Below, piece after piece: positions 62,161-64,000 of a stretch of DNA of 64,000 nt. Position 1 is the first letter of the stretch, and each line of letters opens with the position of its first letter. The DNA comes from Glaucostegus cemiculus. Lineage: Eukaryota. The translations under genes were made by a program, and so were the position numbers. Under the pieces are notes generated by a model, which had not been told where the DNA came from, did no database searches, and saw only the letters and a program-made list of their open reading frames with translations. The stretch is taken from assembly GCA_976551045.1 (NCBI GenBank), contig CDPCPM010000241.1:7626001-7690000 (forward strand). The letters are read 5' to 3'.

Positions 62161-63212
62161 TAACAGATATTAGCGATGAAAAAATCAGTAAAACAATTTA
62201 AAAATTAAAATGCTAGGAAATAAATGAGGTCTTAAAACAAAATAAAGTAAGTAAACCACTGACATCTACTTTTACACAGGATCAAATGAATGGGGTCATG
62301 GTTCTTAGGCCAGCCAGCCTTGGCATACAGCTGAAAGCCCAGATAGAAAGTGCATCAGATCCTGCTCCTCAGCATGTCAGTGTTCCACGTGTGGGCTTGC
62401 ATTTGATTTATGGAAGGCTGCAGAAAGACAGCAGAACTGCTAGAATCATAGAGTCTAGGGTTGTCATCTGTCTTAAGCTTGATCTAGCCCATTGTGGACA
62501 AGCATATGTATTCTTCAAAGTAGGCTTGTTAGCAAAATTAAAACTCATGGGATAAAGTGACCTAAATTTGATGAGGTAAAAATGCAGAAGAATGATTATT
62601 TTTCAGACTGGAACAAGCTACATGATCTTTATTGCCAAGGGTTAGTATGAGGACCTCTACTCCTAATATTTATTATTGATCTGGACTTAAAAGGCCAACT
62701 CAGAGATGAAATAAACAATGAATGTAAGGTTTCAAGCAGTAATAAACATATTGATGAAATGTACAATCGCATTTAACACAGAGGATTCTAAAATGAAATG
62801 TTTTGGGTGGGGTAATGAGAAGCAAAGTAAATTAAATGGTATAGCTTTAAAGGTACAGAGAGACAAGGTGTTGATGGAATTATGTGGAGAAGGAATTAAA
62901 GAAGCTTATAGGATACAGGGCAGTATCACATAACCTAGTATAATTTCTATTTACATTGTTGTCTTTAATACAGTAAAATGGATGCTCAGAGGATTATAGA
63001 CTGGAGGAGGCAGTGAGGGGGAGGTTAGGAAAATATTAGAAAACAAGGAATTCTAATATCAAGGTGTTTGTTACTTAACCCAAAGCTAATGGAGATCATC
63101 AAGTACAGGATAATAGATAAATGGGGCTTGGTGCAGGTTAGCACACAGGCTACAAATCTTTGAGGACCTCATCATGCAGATGGGGTGGAGGAATTGTTAG
63201 AATAATCTCTCA

Positions 63213-63575
63213 GAGTCAAAGAGTTGTAGAGAAATGCAGCATAGAAACAGGCCCTCTGGTCCACTGAGACCGTGCCAACCTTCAACCAGCCATTTTCACC
63301 CTAATCCTATGGCAACCCATTTTACTCTCCCCACATTTCTATCAATTTCTTCCCAGATTGTACCTCTTACCTACGTACTAGGGGCAATTTAGAGTGGCCA
63401 ATTAACCTACCAGTGTGCACATTTTTGGGATGTGGCTGGAAACCAGAGCACTCGGAGGTAACCCACAAGGTCACAGGAGGAACGTGCAAACTTCACACAG
63501 ACAGCACAAGAGGTCAGGATCAAAACCAGGTCATTGGAGCTGTGAGGCACTGGCTCAACTAGCTGCACTACTGTG
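63213..63575 (-). mobile_element. HE1-like V-SINE
   Basis: Reverse complement of the V-domain (ggaaaccagagcactcggaggtaaccca) and of the CR1-like tail. Confidence 0.72.
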
Positions 63576-64000
63576 TTACCCCTTTCTGGTCTGGGGATGA
63601 AGAAAAGACATGGATGATGATTTTAGTAGCTGATGAGCAGAGGCCAGAGAGGAGCTGGGGATGTTACAGAGGTGGAAATATGTGGTCATATTGTGGTCCA
63701 AAACATATAGGATAGATAGAGGATACCATACAGGCACCAAGTCTGCAAATAATTCAGTTTCATTAGATATTTTGTTCACTTCTATCCACCATACATTATG
63801 AAGAATGGCATGGCCTTGGGGACAGGTATAAGAACTAGGAACAGAAATGGGCCAATTGACTCCTCAAGCTGGTCCAACATTCAATAAGATCCTGGCCGAT
63901 CTAAACTTGGCCTCAACACCAGTTTCCTGCTCTCTCCCTGCAGCCCTTAACTGCCATGTAGTCAAATAATAATCCCAAATAAGAGAGGAGTTTCAAGGAT

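Noticed and set aside
1-64000. Prokaryotic-type system (operon, CRISPR array, defence island, retron)
   Set aside because: The genes are split by GT-AG introns, no regularly spaced repeat-spacer array is present, and all RT ORFs are broken eukaryotic retrotransposons.
53603-64000. GTF2A1L or LHCGR exons expected from human synteny
   Set aside because: I found no recognisable coding match. The gene may lie beyond the window or be absent; tBLASTn would decide.

Overview
This is eukaryotic, not prokaryotic, DNA: an AT-rich, intron-containing vertebrate locus. Its retroelements (HE1-like V-SINEs, CR1, Rex1, Penelope) suggest a cartilaginous fish; the species cannot be determined. Two + strand genes are present in the same order as in human. 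(1) The last seven coding exons of PPP1R21 (529-16486; ends GTTKKNRSR*), with a poly(A) signal near 17099. (2) STON1 (stonin-1): a CpG-rich putative promoter/first exon at about 30.9-32.6 kb, then three coding exons (42624-44382, 46694-46896, 53528-53602; 678 aa; ends CVTQ*). Most remaining ORFs in the track belong to decayed transposable elements or are chance ORFs. I see no convincing new multi-gene system. The best leads are an NPF motif and a CaaX box in stonin-1, two uORFs before its start, hammerhead-ribozyme relics and fold-back hairpins from Penelope elements, a 92-bp direct repeat enclosing an LTR-PBS-gag fragment, a CpG-rich minisatellite element with a Rex1 tail, a long-TIR MITE-like element, and a 160-bp intronic duplication. 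Family assignments and comparisons with human proteins are from recall, not from searches.
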